DNA of 39,381 bases from the NCBI GenBank assembly GCA_000826855.1, contig JTLS01000036.1, positions 1-39,381 on the forward strand. The letters are read 5' to 3'. Shown piece by piece: positions 21,395-32,500 of this stretch (position 1 is the first letter of the stretch; each line of letters begins with the position of its first letter). This DNA comes from Basidioascus undulatus (lineage: Eukaryota). The notes below the pieces were generated by a model. That model worked only from the letters and a program-made list of their open reading frames with translations. It searched no databases and was not told where the DNA came from. Position numbers and translations under genes: made by a program.

Positions 21395-24300
21395 ATGGAC
21401 TACATCAACCTCCAAAGCGGGCGAGCAGCGCTCTCGCCATTCTCGGGCGCGCTCGTCCCCGTCAACGGCCCGCCCCAGGCGCTCGACGACCCAGATTGGG
21501 AGACCATCCTGTGCGCCTTCCCCTTCCCGTCTTCCTTCTTAAGACCGACGAAATAAATTCCATTCTTTCTCAGTGAGATCCCCAACGGCCAAGTAGTCCT
21601 CTACCACCCGGCCTCGCACGCCCTTGCCGTCCAGACCCCGCGTCCCTCCGACCGCCTCCGCAGCCTCCCTCCAGCATCCTCGGCCTCCCCAGGCCCACCA
21701 TCAACAGCCCAGCACCCACCCTCCAGTCCTGCCGCGCCCCAAACCTGCCCAACCTGCCACCGCCCCCTCCCACCAACCCAGCAGCGCCGCAAGAGCCCGC
21801 GCGAGACGAACTACTTCCATCTCCTCAGCCAGGCCAACTCGGCAGCGGCCAGTCGCGCGGGGACGCCGGCGCCATCAGAGGGCGGGACGGATGGCGAGGA
21901 GGATACGGACGCGGGGAATAGGGCGGATGGGTACTACGAGGTGCGTTGTGGCTTGGGTCAGGGGTGAGGGAAGACGAGCGCTGAAGGCTTGGGTGCAGAG
22001 GTTCTTCGTGGAAGAGAAGAAGCTGGGGCGAGGGGCTTGGGGAGGCGTGTACTTGTGCCAGGTGCGTCGTTTGAGCTCGTGCCGACAAGGCGACATGCTG
22101 ACCGACGCGTGGACGGATGAGCAGCACGTCCTGGATGGGAACTTCCTAGGTGCGCAATCTCGTCTAAATCCACATCCGCTCGGCGTTCAGAATGAATGTG
22201 GTGCTCACATGTGTGTTCTTCTGTGCAGGCCACTACGCTGTGAGCTCACTCTCCTTCTGGGAATGAGAGCTCAACGAGACTGAAGCTGCGCGACTGCATA
22301 TACAGGTCAAGAAGGTCTGTCCCTCTTCCTCTCGTACCTGTTTTCACCTGGCTGATCATCCCTACACTCACAGATAGCAGTCGGGACGTCGCACGAGTAC
22401 CTGCTCAACACCCTCAAAGGCACGCGGTTCTTGCCCACTAACCCCAGAATCCTCCCAACTTTTTTCCTCCGGCGCGCACTGACGAACATGAACCCCACAC
22501 GTTAGAGGTCCGTCTGCTCGAAACGCTCCGGCACCCCAACATCGTCGACTATCACCACTCTTGGGTCGAAAATAGCCGGCTCTCGGCCTTCGGTCCGGCC
22601 GTGCCAGTCCTCTAGTTTGTCCCTTCCTCGCCCTTCTGCCCAAGCTCCCGATCCCTCTTCCCTTGTCCCTGCAACTGCAAAGCCACTAACCCCCCCTGCC
22701 CACGCAGCGTCCTAATGTCATACGCCAACGGCGGTTCCCTCGCGCAGCTCGTCAAAGCGCGGCAAGGGTTCCATCCGACGTCCTCACTCGAGGGGGATGT
22801 GATCGCCTCGCCCTCGGACCAGACCCGCGAGGAGCGCATCGCAGCTGCGAAAGCTGCGCGCAGAGGCCGCCGCGCAAGTGAGCATGCTGGCGCCGGGGGG
22901 GGCAGGAGGAGCCCCCGGAACTCGGCGGTCCACTATTTGAGGCCGGATGAGATGCTCGGGCTGTTTGAGGATGTCGCGACGGGGCTGGGGTTCTTGGTGA
23001 GTGCGCCGGGCATGCGGGATGATGTGACAGGGGAGGAAACTGATGTGCGGGTGGGAGGGTAGCACTCGAAAGGGATTTTGCATTTGGATTTGAGTACGTT
23101 CGATGCTCCCACTGTCATCAGTTGTCCGTTCCTAAAACAGCTCAACTCCAGAACCGGCCAACGTCCTCCTACAATGGGATGACGACGACCTGATGTACGT
23201 GTCCTCTCCTGCCCCCCACTTGCCACCCTTCCACCCGCCCACTAGACCCCTCCCTCTCTGACACATCCCTATCTCCCAGTCCGCGCGCGATGCTCTCCGA
23301 CTTCGGCTCGGCGCTGTCAGCGCACACAAATGCGCACGAGCGCTCGGGCGCGTCGGGTACGCTTGAGTACGTCGCGCCCGAGACGCTCGAGGTCGACCCG
23401 CGCACGGGACGGCTCTGCGAGTACACGACCAAGAGCGATATGTGGTCACTTGGTGGGTCTTGGATCCTCCCTCTCCCCTCTGCTATACTTGGTTTCCTCC
23501 CGGGCGATATTTAGATGCAGGGCGCTGATAGAGAGCGTGCGGTGGATCAGGAATGATCCTCTTCGAGATGTGCTTCTTCCGCTTGCCGTACGACGATGTG
23601 GACGATATAGACCGACTGACGAACAATATACGAGGATACCGAGGGTGCGTCCATCCTCCCTCTTCTGTCCTCCGTCCTCTCCTCTCCCACTCCCTACTCG
23701 TCACCCACTCTGACGCCGCTGAACGCTGATCATGGGGAAACGAAACTAGGTTCGACGCTGCAGCCCGACATGCCGCGCGCGTCTCGCGCCCCAATCTCCC
23801 CGTCGAGTTCCTGCACCTCTTGTCTAGCTTGCTCAGCCTCAATCCCGTCGAGCGCCCGTCGACGGACCGGATCTTGAGCGCGATTGAGCAGGCGAGGAAC
23901 GAGGTGCGTCGGGTCCTCTTTTCCTCCTTCCCTCCCTTTTTTTTCTACTTTCGCCCTGCTTGCTTCCCTTTTCTTCGTCCTCTTTTCTTTCTGCTTTCCC
24001 AGGCCATGTTGATAGAGCTGGCCGGATGCTCTCCCCTAGCAGGTGCGCTTCAATGAAGTGGCCGCAACCGAAGCCGTCGCGCTCGTCCCACGCCGCCCGT
24101 CTGACACGCCGCACATCCTGTTCGACCCCTCCCGCAAAACTGTCCCGGGCGTCCCGCCGTCGCCCTCCCTCAAGCCGCTGACCGTCTCTCACGCCTTGCC
24201 GCCGCCTCCTGCGCCCGCCCCGCACCTCGCAACCCGTCGCACGAGCGTGAGTTTCTCTTTTCTTTGCTTTCGCCGCGTTGCGGGCGTGATGAGTGAGGGA

Positions 24301-24709
24301 GGTCGGGGGGATTAGATTCCGAGAGCGAAGGCCGCGATTGCTATGGTCCCGGGGTATCATCGCGCGCGCGAAGTGCTCCATCGCCGGAGACGACGTGGGA
24401 CATCGGCGAGGGACATCCAGCTGCTGAAAACTGTCTGTGCGATACTCAAGGTGAGTACCTCGCATCCCTTTACCGTTCCATTCCTCTTGCCCCCGCCTTC
24501 GACGTCTGATGCTGGTAAGCGAGGGACAGCTCTACACCCTCTTCCGATCCTGCCCGGGGGACACCCTTCCGCGCGCCCCACAGACCTACCTCGTCTTCGC
24601 GTTCGCGCTGCTTGACTTCTGGCTGCCCGGGATTTGGGCGTCCGTCGCGCTGCTGGGTGTGCACTTGGGCGTCCTGCTCTGGCCGATCAGCCGGAGGTGT
24701 GCGTTGTGA
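21395..24709 (+). CDS. IKS1: Ser/Thr protein kinase, Iks1-like family, with C-terminal hydrophobic segments; many introns including microexons
   Basis: DPDWETIL|EIPNGQVVLYHP, CPTCHRP, NYFHLL, GYYE|RFFVEEKKLGRG.WGGVYLCQ|HVLDGNFL|GHYA|VKK|IAVG, HLDL|KPANVLL, LSDFG, GTLEYVAPE, KSDMWSLG, PVERPS. Confidence 0.88.
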
Positions 24710-25397
24710 TTCCGGTGTATTGGGTGGGGAGGGGTTGATGGCGCGGGAAGGACGAGGAAAAGGGAGGGGGATAGTAAGGAAGGCATCGAGTGCCAAGGCT
24801 ATGGGCTGTGTCGTGTGCTTGGATTTCTAGTGGACATGCATTCCGTTTCTTGAGCTGGGTGAAAGGGTGAAGTTCGTTCAAAAACCCTTCGTCGGGTGTT
24901 GCGGATACTAAGCACAGGGACTTTACAGGCCTGCAGTTGCGTGTGCATGCGCGTCAGTTACAAGGCCATTAATTCAGCAGCGCAACCTCGGAGAACGACC
25001 TTTCCTCGTCGTGGCCATCCGACTTGCCTTTTTTCCTGCTATCTACCCAGTCTCTCCATTTTGTTCAAGAACCAAACCATACTCGAATTTTCCTCATCAA
25101 TTCCACAGAGCCGAGGATCAGTCGGATACCCTCGCTGCTGGTATAGGCTAAACTATTCTAATAATGTTCAGAAATGTGAAATATACCTCAATTTTGAGGC
25201 TACGATAGAACAGCGAAGGAGTGGGGACTGAAGGAGGGCGGCCGAAGCATGACGTCTTCGTGCTACGTACGGGTCGAGTTGCCCCTGCTCAACAATCCGA
25301 AGAAAGACAAAACAACAATGCGATGAATGACAAGGATATGCGTTACAGAAGGCTTGCAAAGCGGGTATTGCAGAGCGTCGGGAAAGTGAAATATCGT

Positions 25398-27051
25398 CTA
25401 CGCCAGCCAGCTCCACCAGCTCCGCAACCGAGATGGTTCGGACAGCTCGCGCTCAGACTGCCAGAAATCCGTGCCGTTGGGGCCATAGATTTGGTTGAGC
25501 ACCGCTGCCAGGCGGATCCCGCCTACTGCGAGGGTCTTTTCGAGCAGGTGCGGGCCGTGGATGGGCTGAGAAAGACATGGTCGGGTCAGTACACATCGGT
25601 CGGTAAGTAAGCGAAAGAGAGATGGCGAGGAGTTATGAGAAGGAGAAGGGGCGCGACGTACGTCGAGGTATTCTGGAGTTGAAAGCTCTGGGATCGGCTC
25701 CATAGACGCGGGGAAGGCGATTCTGCAGGAGCATACTTGTCAGCCATAAGCTCGCCGCGAACAGACCAGCTGTTGCGGAGGCGTCTCACTGGCATGTCAG
25801 GCGCCTCGTGTCGCTTGCCCAGAAGAACGGACAAGCCGGCAAGTTGGGGTCCGGCGCGTCCGGGATGTCCGGCGCCCCGAGCACCAACTGCTTGACCCTG
25901 CCGAGCGTCGTGGAAGGCGCAGTCGGAGCGGGGAAATGGTCGCCTTCGAGAGGACAGTCTACCCAGTTGGTATGCTGCGTGGCCCACCATGACTGAATGC
26001 CTTCGGTGATGATCCAGCGGACGCTGTAGATAGTCCGTGAGTGACGGGAGCTATGGGGCGTGCGGCGGTTGACCTACTAAGGATCATAGATATTCCCGCG
26101 CAAAGCGGACTCGATGCGCTTTCTGCAAAGAGGTCGGTCGGTATTGAAGCAGATGATGAGCAGTGAATCAGACGAACGAGGGGAGGGGCGTAGTGTAGTT
26201 CGAAAGCTCGCGAATGCGCTGGTTGATGAGGAGCGAGTCCCAAACCGAGTGCAAGTTTGTGTGCCGGCCGTCAAATGTGACGAAATCTAGGAAGCAAAGA
26301 ACGTATACTATCAGCACAGCGTCGGAGAGGACAAACGGGCAGTCTGACCTTGGTTACCGCCGTAGTGCCGTCCTGTGAGGTGCAGCGGCTGGTGCAGATC
26401 ACCGAAGAAGTGGACGAGGAAGCGGAGTGGTATATCACTGCTCAACCATTCGTTAATCTTGTCGCTGCTGAAACCAGGTAGAAATCTCCGGGCGCACCCT
26501 CCACCGTCTATCAGCTGCTGCGTCACTTTCCAAATGCCAGTGATGATGTTGCTCGTCGGATAACTCCAGCCGTCTTCGCCGAAGGAACAGTGAGAAGGTG
26601 GGTAATCAGTATTCGGGTTGATGTAATGGAGTTTCGAGAGTTCGGGGCTTGGTGAGGACATGCGGGCTGTTAGCGTTGACTCGCTGATGCATAATCGAGC
26701 TGGACGAGACTAACTGTTCGCGCCGGATCGTGTCTGCCCATGCAGCTACAGACGCGAGCTGGGGATGAAAAGGTATCAGGAAAAGCAGGAGATGACTCCG
26801 TAGCGAAGATGTGCACATGTCCTTTTGCCCACGGCGGCAGTATGATCGACAATTTACGGATGGTTTCGGGATGCAGATGTGCTTGAGCAATCGTTGCGAC
26901 GATTCGATGACCTTTTTGAACGTAACGACGGCGTAATCAGCAGCGCTATGCGACATGCAAATCTCGTCGACAGACCGTCAGCTCCCCAGGCAAGTGTCGA
27001 TGGCAGCACCGCAGCGAGGACGGTGAGACCGGCGATCGAGCACAGCCGCAT
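25398..27051 (-). CDS. Secreted S1/P1-family nuclease
   Basis: Signal peptide ending TLA-WGAD|GHRIVATIAQ; AAWADTIR; LHY; FLVHFFGDLHQPLH; GGN; NLHSVWDS; LEKTLAVGGIRLAAVLNQI. Confidence 0.92.
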
Positions 27052-27808
27052 GATAATATATGGCGAGGTATCAGCGAGGAAGTGAGTAGATCAGTCGTGG
27101 GTATGGGTATGGTCGAATGAGCGGTAAGTAAAGATGGTTGGAATGAGGAATGGATGTGAGATGAGATGAGATGACTGTCGAAGGGGATGAGAGGGGGGGA
27201 CTCCGATTGTGGTATCGCCAGCCACTTGCTCAGGGCCGGCGCCATCCCATCTGCTGCGCCAAGCTGGGTCGGAGATACTCTTCTTTGTAACTTTCAAGGC
27301 TATTCCGGTTTAAACTGGTCTTCTTATGTACTGTACGAACGCTCAGGTGACAGACAAAAGGTTGTCGTGGGAGGGAACCCCTTAATCGGCAGCGCACAGA
27401 CATTCACCGACCGATCCCGCATGATGTGTTGGGCTGCAGTCCGCATTCTTTCAGTAAACTCGAAAGACTTTTAAGTTATTCCAGCCGGGAGGATCAACCA
27501 AAAGTTCCGGGATCCCGTAACTAAGCAAATGAAGGCAGCTGCAGCGACTCACAGCACACGTCTCTGAGTTGCCCGTCAAACTGCCTGAAATTCCGAGACG
27601 TTAGTGAGATTGGAAAGCTAACCTTTGTCTTTATGGCACTTCTAGTAAAGGCAACAATTCTGTCGAGCGACATGCGTGATACTTCATTCAGCTACTGCAT
27701 TCACAGCATATAACACTGCCACTCCTTCACCGCTCTTCCACAAGTCAAGGTGATTAGGGCCCATTTTAAGGTATGTAGTTCCATTTTAGTTATCCGGGGT
27801 CAGAGAAA

Positions 27809-28769
27809 TCAAGACGAGCCGCCGCCAAACCCGCCATCAGACCCATCGTCCTGGCCACCGCCCTGGCCACCCCCCGAGTCCCACCATTACCGAAGCCAGC
27901 CCCATTACCGCCGCCGTTGCCATTGCCGTTGCCATTCCCACCATTCCCACATTTCCGCCCCCATTTCCGCCCCCATTCCCATTTCTATTCCCACCATTCC
28001 CATTCCCGTTGCCATTCCCGTACCCGTTCCCGACTCAATCTTCCGCCCCGTCGCCGAAGCACGCTGCGCCCCACTTGAGCTTTTTCTTCTCCGGCTTTTC
28101 CACATACTTGATGACCTGCTCGGGATTCTCGACGATCTTCTCCACGGGCTTCTCCACGACTTTCTCGACGGTAACGGACTTTTCGACGACTTTGTAGACC
28201 GGCTTCTCGACGTACTTAACTTCCTTCTTGGGCCGCGGCGCGACCTTGTATTCTTGGGCTTCTCCACTCTGTACACCTTCTTGGGCTGCATGAAAGCTTG
28301 TTAGGGCGAAGGAAGGGAGGGTGAGGAAGGAGAGAGACGTACGCAGACGTGGTACTCCTTTTTCGGCCGGTAATGGTGCTTTTACGGCTGTGATAAGGCA
28401 CTCGTGAGCAGCATATCCCAAAACCTTCAGACCCTGCGGAAGTAATTACCCTTTTGTGATTTTGTGATACTCCTGGCTGTGCCCTCCGTTCCTGGAGCCT
28501 CCTCCATGGCCACCGCGGCCACCGCGATTGCGGCCGCCTCCCCTCCCGCCGCTGCGTCCGCCGCTGCGCCCGCCACGCCCGCCTCGACCCCGACCGTCCC
28601 GCCTCTGAAGGTTATTTTCACCCAGTCTCTCTCCCTGGTCGGCTTCCTCTTGAGGGCTACGTTTGACGAGGCCGAGGCCGTTGCCTGAAACGACATCGGC
28701 GCTGCCTGCGATAGCAGCTAGCGCGGACGCCGAAAGAGAGAGGACAATGAGGATGATGGAAGTGCGAAT
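27809..28769 (-). pseudogene. Disrupted paralogue of the secreted Gly-rich protein at 16-946 (RGG-rich, His/Lys-rich, VEK repeats, Gly/Asn tail)
   Basis: Signal peptide (I)RTSIILIVLSLSASALA begins with ATT (28769-28767) with an upstream in-frame TAA and no ATG. Continues LVKRSP...LQRRDGRGRGG. TAA at 28384-28382, frameshift near 28253, TGA at 28037-28035 and further frameshifts in the GN/GQDDG tail. Confidence 0.72.
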
Positions 28770-28849
28770 TACGGTGTTCCTATGAGTTTAAGATGTGCTG
28801 GAACTGAAGGGGCTGGTGTGCATTCAGCAAGTGAAGATTTGTGAAGCCG

Positions 28850-28858
28850 TTATATATA
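28850..28858 (-). promoter_or_regulatory. Putative TATA box of the disrupted secreted-protein gene
   Basis: TATATATAA about 80 nt upstream of the ATT at the expected start position. Confidence 0.45.
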
Positions 28859-29524
28859 CTTGAAAGCTTGGCTGCGCTGCGTGGTAATTTACCAGCTGCG
28901 CCAGAAAATAGTCTGGCTGAGCCTTTACCGCAGGTGTCCACGAGCTGTTTCGACAGTCATTAGAACTGCTGGCGGCTTCCAAGCTGCGTGTCAAGCTGCG
29001 TGTCGATTCGCAGTCTAGAAGGAAACTGCGGAGCCCGAACAGGGAAGGTCCAAGAACTTGAAGGAACCTTGGAAAGCAAGTTCACTGCAACAGCTGGACA
29101 ACTAAAGATCATGGGCCTCTACGGAATAATATAGCACTTCCACAGCATAGATCCTGTAGGTGGTTGTGGCTGAAATCTCCGCCGATGCATCGCAGTTTGC
29201 GAAACGCGGTGCAGTGTAATTGACCTTTGATAGACAGTGTGAATGGGAAATCGGCGCAAGTTAAAAAGACCAATAAGAGGAATATATATATCCCAGGCTC
29301 ACAGTGGAAAGTGAACGGGGTGCTGTGAGGGCATGTGCAGCTTGGCGCTCCACATCGATACCGGCAACTCCCCGACGGCCTGCCCCGCCTGACGCGTCTG
29401 AAGCCGCGTCCTGAGGATCGCGTCGCGTTCCCTTCGACCGCCATCGCTCGTTCACTCTCAAAGCCTTTCTCAAACTCACTCTCAGCGCTGACCGCACGTT
29501 CCGTGCGAAGCGCAATCTCCAACG

Positions 29525-32500
29525 ATGCCGGCGCAGGAGAAGGCAAAGAAGCTCAAGTTCAAAGACAAGCTCGTCCAGAAGGGTCAGTCCTACCGGATTC
29601 CGACATCGGGACTGCATGCTGAGATCTGTGCGAGTAGGCGTTCAAACGAGCGAGCTCCTCCGGAGATTGAAGGTGAGCTTTTTCTGAGGCTTCTTCTGGA
29701 TCGTGTTGCTTATCTCCAAGGCAGGCTCTCCATGACGAGCTCGCCGAGATGGACCAGGAGACGGTGGACAAGACCAGCCTGTCCGCCGTCGCCAAGCAGC
29801 TCCTTGATAAGTCGATTCTCCTGCACAAGGACAAGGCCGTGAAGGCGCTTGCAGCCTGCGGCTTTGTCGATCTGCTTCGTCTCTACGCCCCAGAAGCGCC
29901 CTATACCGCCCACGAGCTCAAGGTGAGCCATCAATTCCGCTGGGGGAACAATTAGGCCTTTGGGTTGACGGGGGCATTGTGCCATTCAGGACATCTTCAC
30001 CTTCATCTTCCGCCAACTTCAATCGCTATGGAAGCCTCCGAAGGGCACCAAGCAGTCCGAGGTCCCCAACTACAACCAGTACGCAATGTCCTTTGGGCGC
30101 CCGCTCTCCTCGTCGTGCCGCACCAGGCTGACGCGTGCTGTCAGATACTACTATCTCGTCAACAGCATGGCCGACGTCAGCAGCGTTGTGCTCGTTTGCG
30201 ACGTTCCCTCCCCCGACGACCTCATCATTGAAATCTTCCGCAACTTCTTCGACGGCATCCGACCCGATACGTCCGGGCGGCTCGAAGGCTACATGGCCGA
30301 TATCCTCTCGCAAATCATCGACGAGTGCATCATACTTCCGCAGGACGTGCTCGAGATCCTCCTTGCACAGTTCCATGAGAACAACATCGTAGGCAGCGCA
30401 CGTATCTTCTGATGAACATGCTGTTGACAGCTCAGGGGCAAACAGAAGCTCAATCCGGCGGCACATCAGCTCGCGGTGGCGGTCTGTAATAAGACGAGCG
30501 AGCGGCTTCAACGCAACGTTTGCCAGGTACACATCTCCTGTCATAAACGCCGGCCAGACCGAAGGCGCTCACCGCTCTGACACAGTACTTCACCGACACG
30601 ATCATGCAAATATCGCACTCGTCGCCGACCGAGGAGGAGATCGAGGACGTCGAGTCGGCGCACAAGCTCATCCGCGCCATCCACCAGTCCGCTCCGGGCT
30701 TGCTCCTCAGCGTCATCCCGCAGCTCGAAGCCGAGCTCACGTTCGACGACGTCACCCTCCGCCTCATGGCGACGAAGACGCTGGGCGAGATGTTCGCCGA
30801 CAAGCCCACGGGGCAGAAGGCGGGCGGCGAGCTTGCTCGCGGATACCCGCAGACGTGGAAGGCGTTGCTAGGCCGCAAGGTGGACAAGGCCGTCCAGGTC
30901 CGCGTCGCGCTCGTCGAGGTGTCGAAGCAGATCCTTGCAAACCACCCGCAGCTGGGGAACGATTTGAACGGTATGTGAAGATCACTTTCGCAGCGGCGGT
31001 TATTGAAACTGTTCGGATTCGGGTTCTCAGAGCTGCTCAAGGTCAAGCTCATCGACCCCGACGAGAAGGTCCGCGCCGCGACCTGCCGTCTCTTCTCCGA
31101 GATCGACTACGAGACCGCCATGCACCACACGCACCTCGATCTTCTCCAAGCTCTCGCAGAGCGCTGCAAGGACCGCAAGGTAGCTCGAGGTCTGTTCGGC
31201 CTTTAATTGCTCAGATACTGATCCAAATGGACACGCAGCACTCGGTGCGCGCCGAAGCGTTCAAGGCACTCGGCCGTCTCTTCGATCTCGCATACCCGGA
31301 GATGTGCGTACTTCTCGTGCGATCGCAGATTGTTCGATTGTACTTATATGTGTTACACAGCGAGAGCCACGACGGCGCCGCGATCCAGCAATTTGGGTGG
31401 ATCCCGCAGGCGATCATTGCACCGGTAGCCATCGCGCTTGACCGGGAGACGGCCAGCATTCGGTGAGCGCGACCGCTGATTGCCATATTCAAGCAAATGC
31501 TAACTGACGCCCCGTTGCAGAGTGCTTGTCGAGGAGACCGTCGCGCAGCAGATTGTCCCTCTCCCATCGCGCGCCGACGACGAGGCCGCCTGGGTCGACC
31601 GTCTCCTCACCGTGCTGGCGGGAATGGCCGATATCGGCCCAATCCTTAACATGGCTCGGCTGAGCCCGTCGTGCGTTCAGTTCTAGATATCTTTAGAAGA
31701 GCGCGGTGCTGACCCCGTCCGGCGCCTTCTAGAGCTCATCAGCTCTTTGAACGTTTCGTCAAAGCGTCGGAGAATTACAACGTTTGCATTAAATCACCCA
31801 CCTTCAGCTTTACGCACGAGTTGACCCGCAGTTGACCGACAGGGCGGCGTTATCGACGAGAACGAGAAGGAGGTCACCGACAAGCTGAACCAGATCACTC
31901 GTGCCCTCGCTGGTACGTTACGCCGCTCTACGGCTACAGCATCCACACTCACACTCAGTCTTTGAGTCTCGGCAGCCTCATTTCCCGACCCCTCCAAGGC
32001 GCTCGGCGACCTCCAGACGTTCTATAAGGCGAACGAGGTCCGCACCTACAGAATGCTTCGGACCATCATGGATCCGCAGACCGACCTCAAAACGCTCATC
32101 AAGACCAACGTAAGCAAAAATTGTTCTAACCTCAGTTCAATCGCGCGTGCTTATGGATTGCTTTTCCTGCAGGCCGAGCTCGTTCGTCGAGTCGAGCAGA
32201 TCTCCTCATCGATTGTGGACACCTTCAAGACCTTCATCCGCCGCTGCAGCTACCCGCTCATCAACCGCTCCTCTGTCTCGGCGCTGGTCAAGCGTCTGCA
32301 GCGCACGGACGGCACCGACGATGCTGAGAGCATGGCTGCGCGCGCGAAGACGATTCTGGAGGCGATCGCCAAGTGGTCGCCTCACATGTTCCGCTCGCAC
32401 GTGCATGAGCTCGCGAAAGCCATCGCCGACGACAAAAACGAGCGCCTCGTCGAGGTCTGCCTGCGCGCGCTGGCGTCGGTCGCGAGGGTCGATGCGTCTG

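Noticed and set aside
21500..21600. Apparent frameshift at the first IKS1 intron
   Set aside because: On recount, CT|T GAG ATC CCC AAC GGC CAA is in frame (LEIPNGQ); the gene is intact here.
26645..26715. Apparent frameshift in the S1/P1 nuclease
   Set aside because: Using the AAG acceptor about 20 nt after the GCTAAC branch point, rather than the adjacent CAG, restores the frame (REHPELSKLHY).
28980..29003. 12-bp tandem duplication caagctgcgtgt x2; similarly acgttccaata x2 near 12417-12442
   Set aside because: Two-copy micro-duplications with no spacers or other structure; not CRISPR-like or a mobile-element end.
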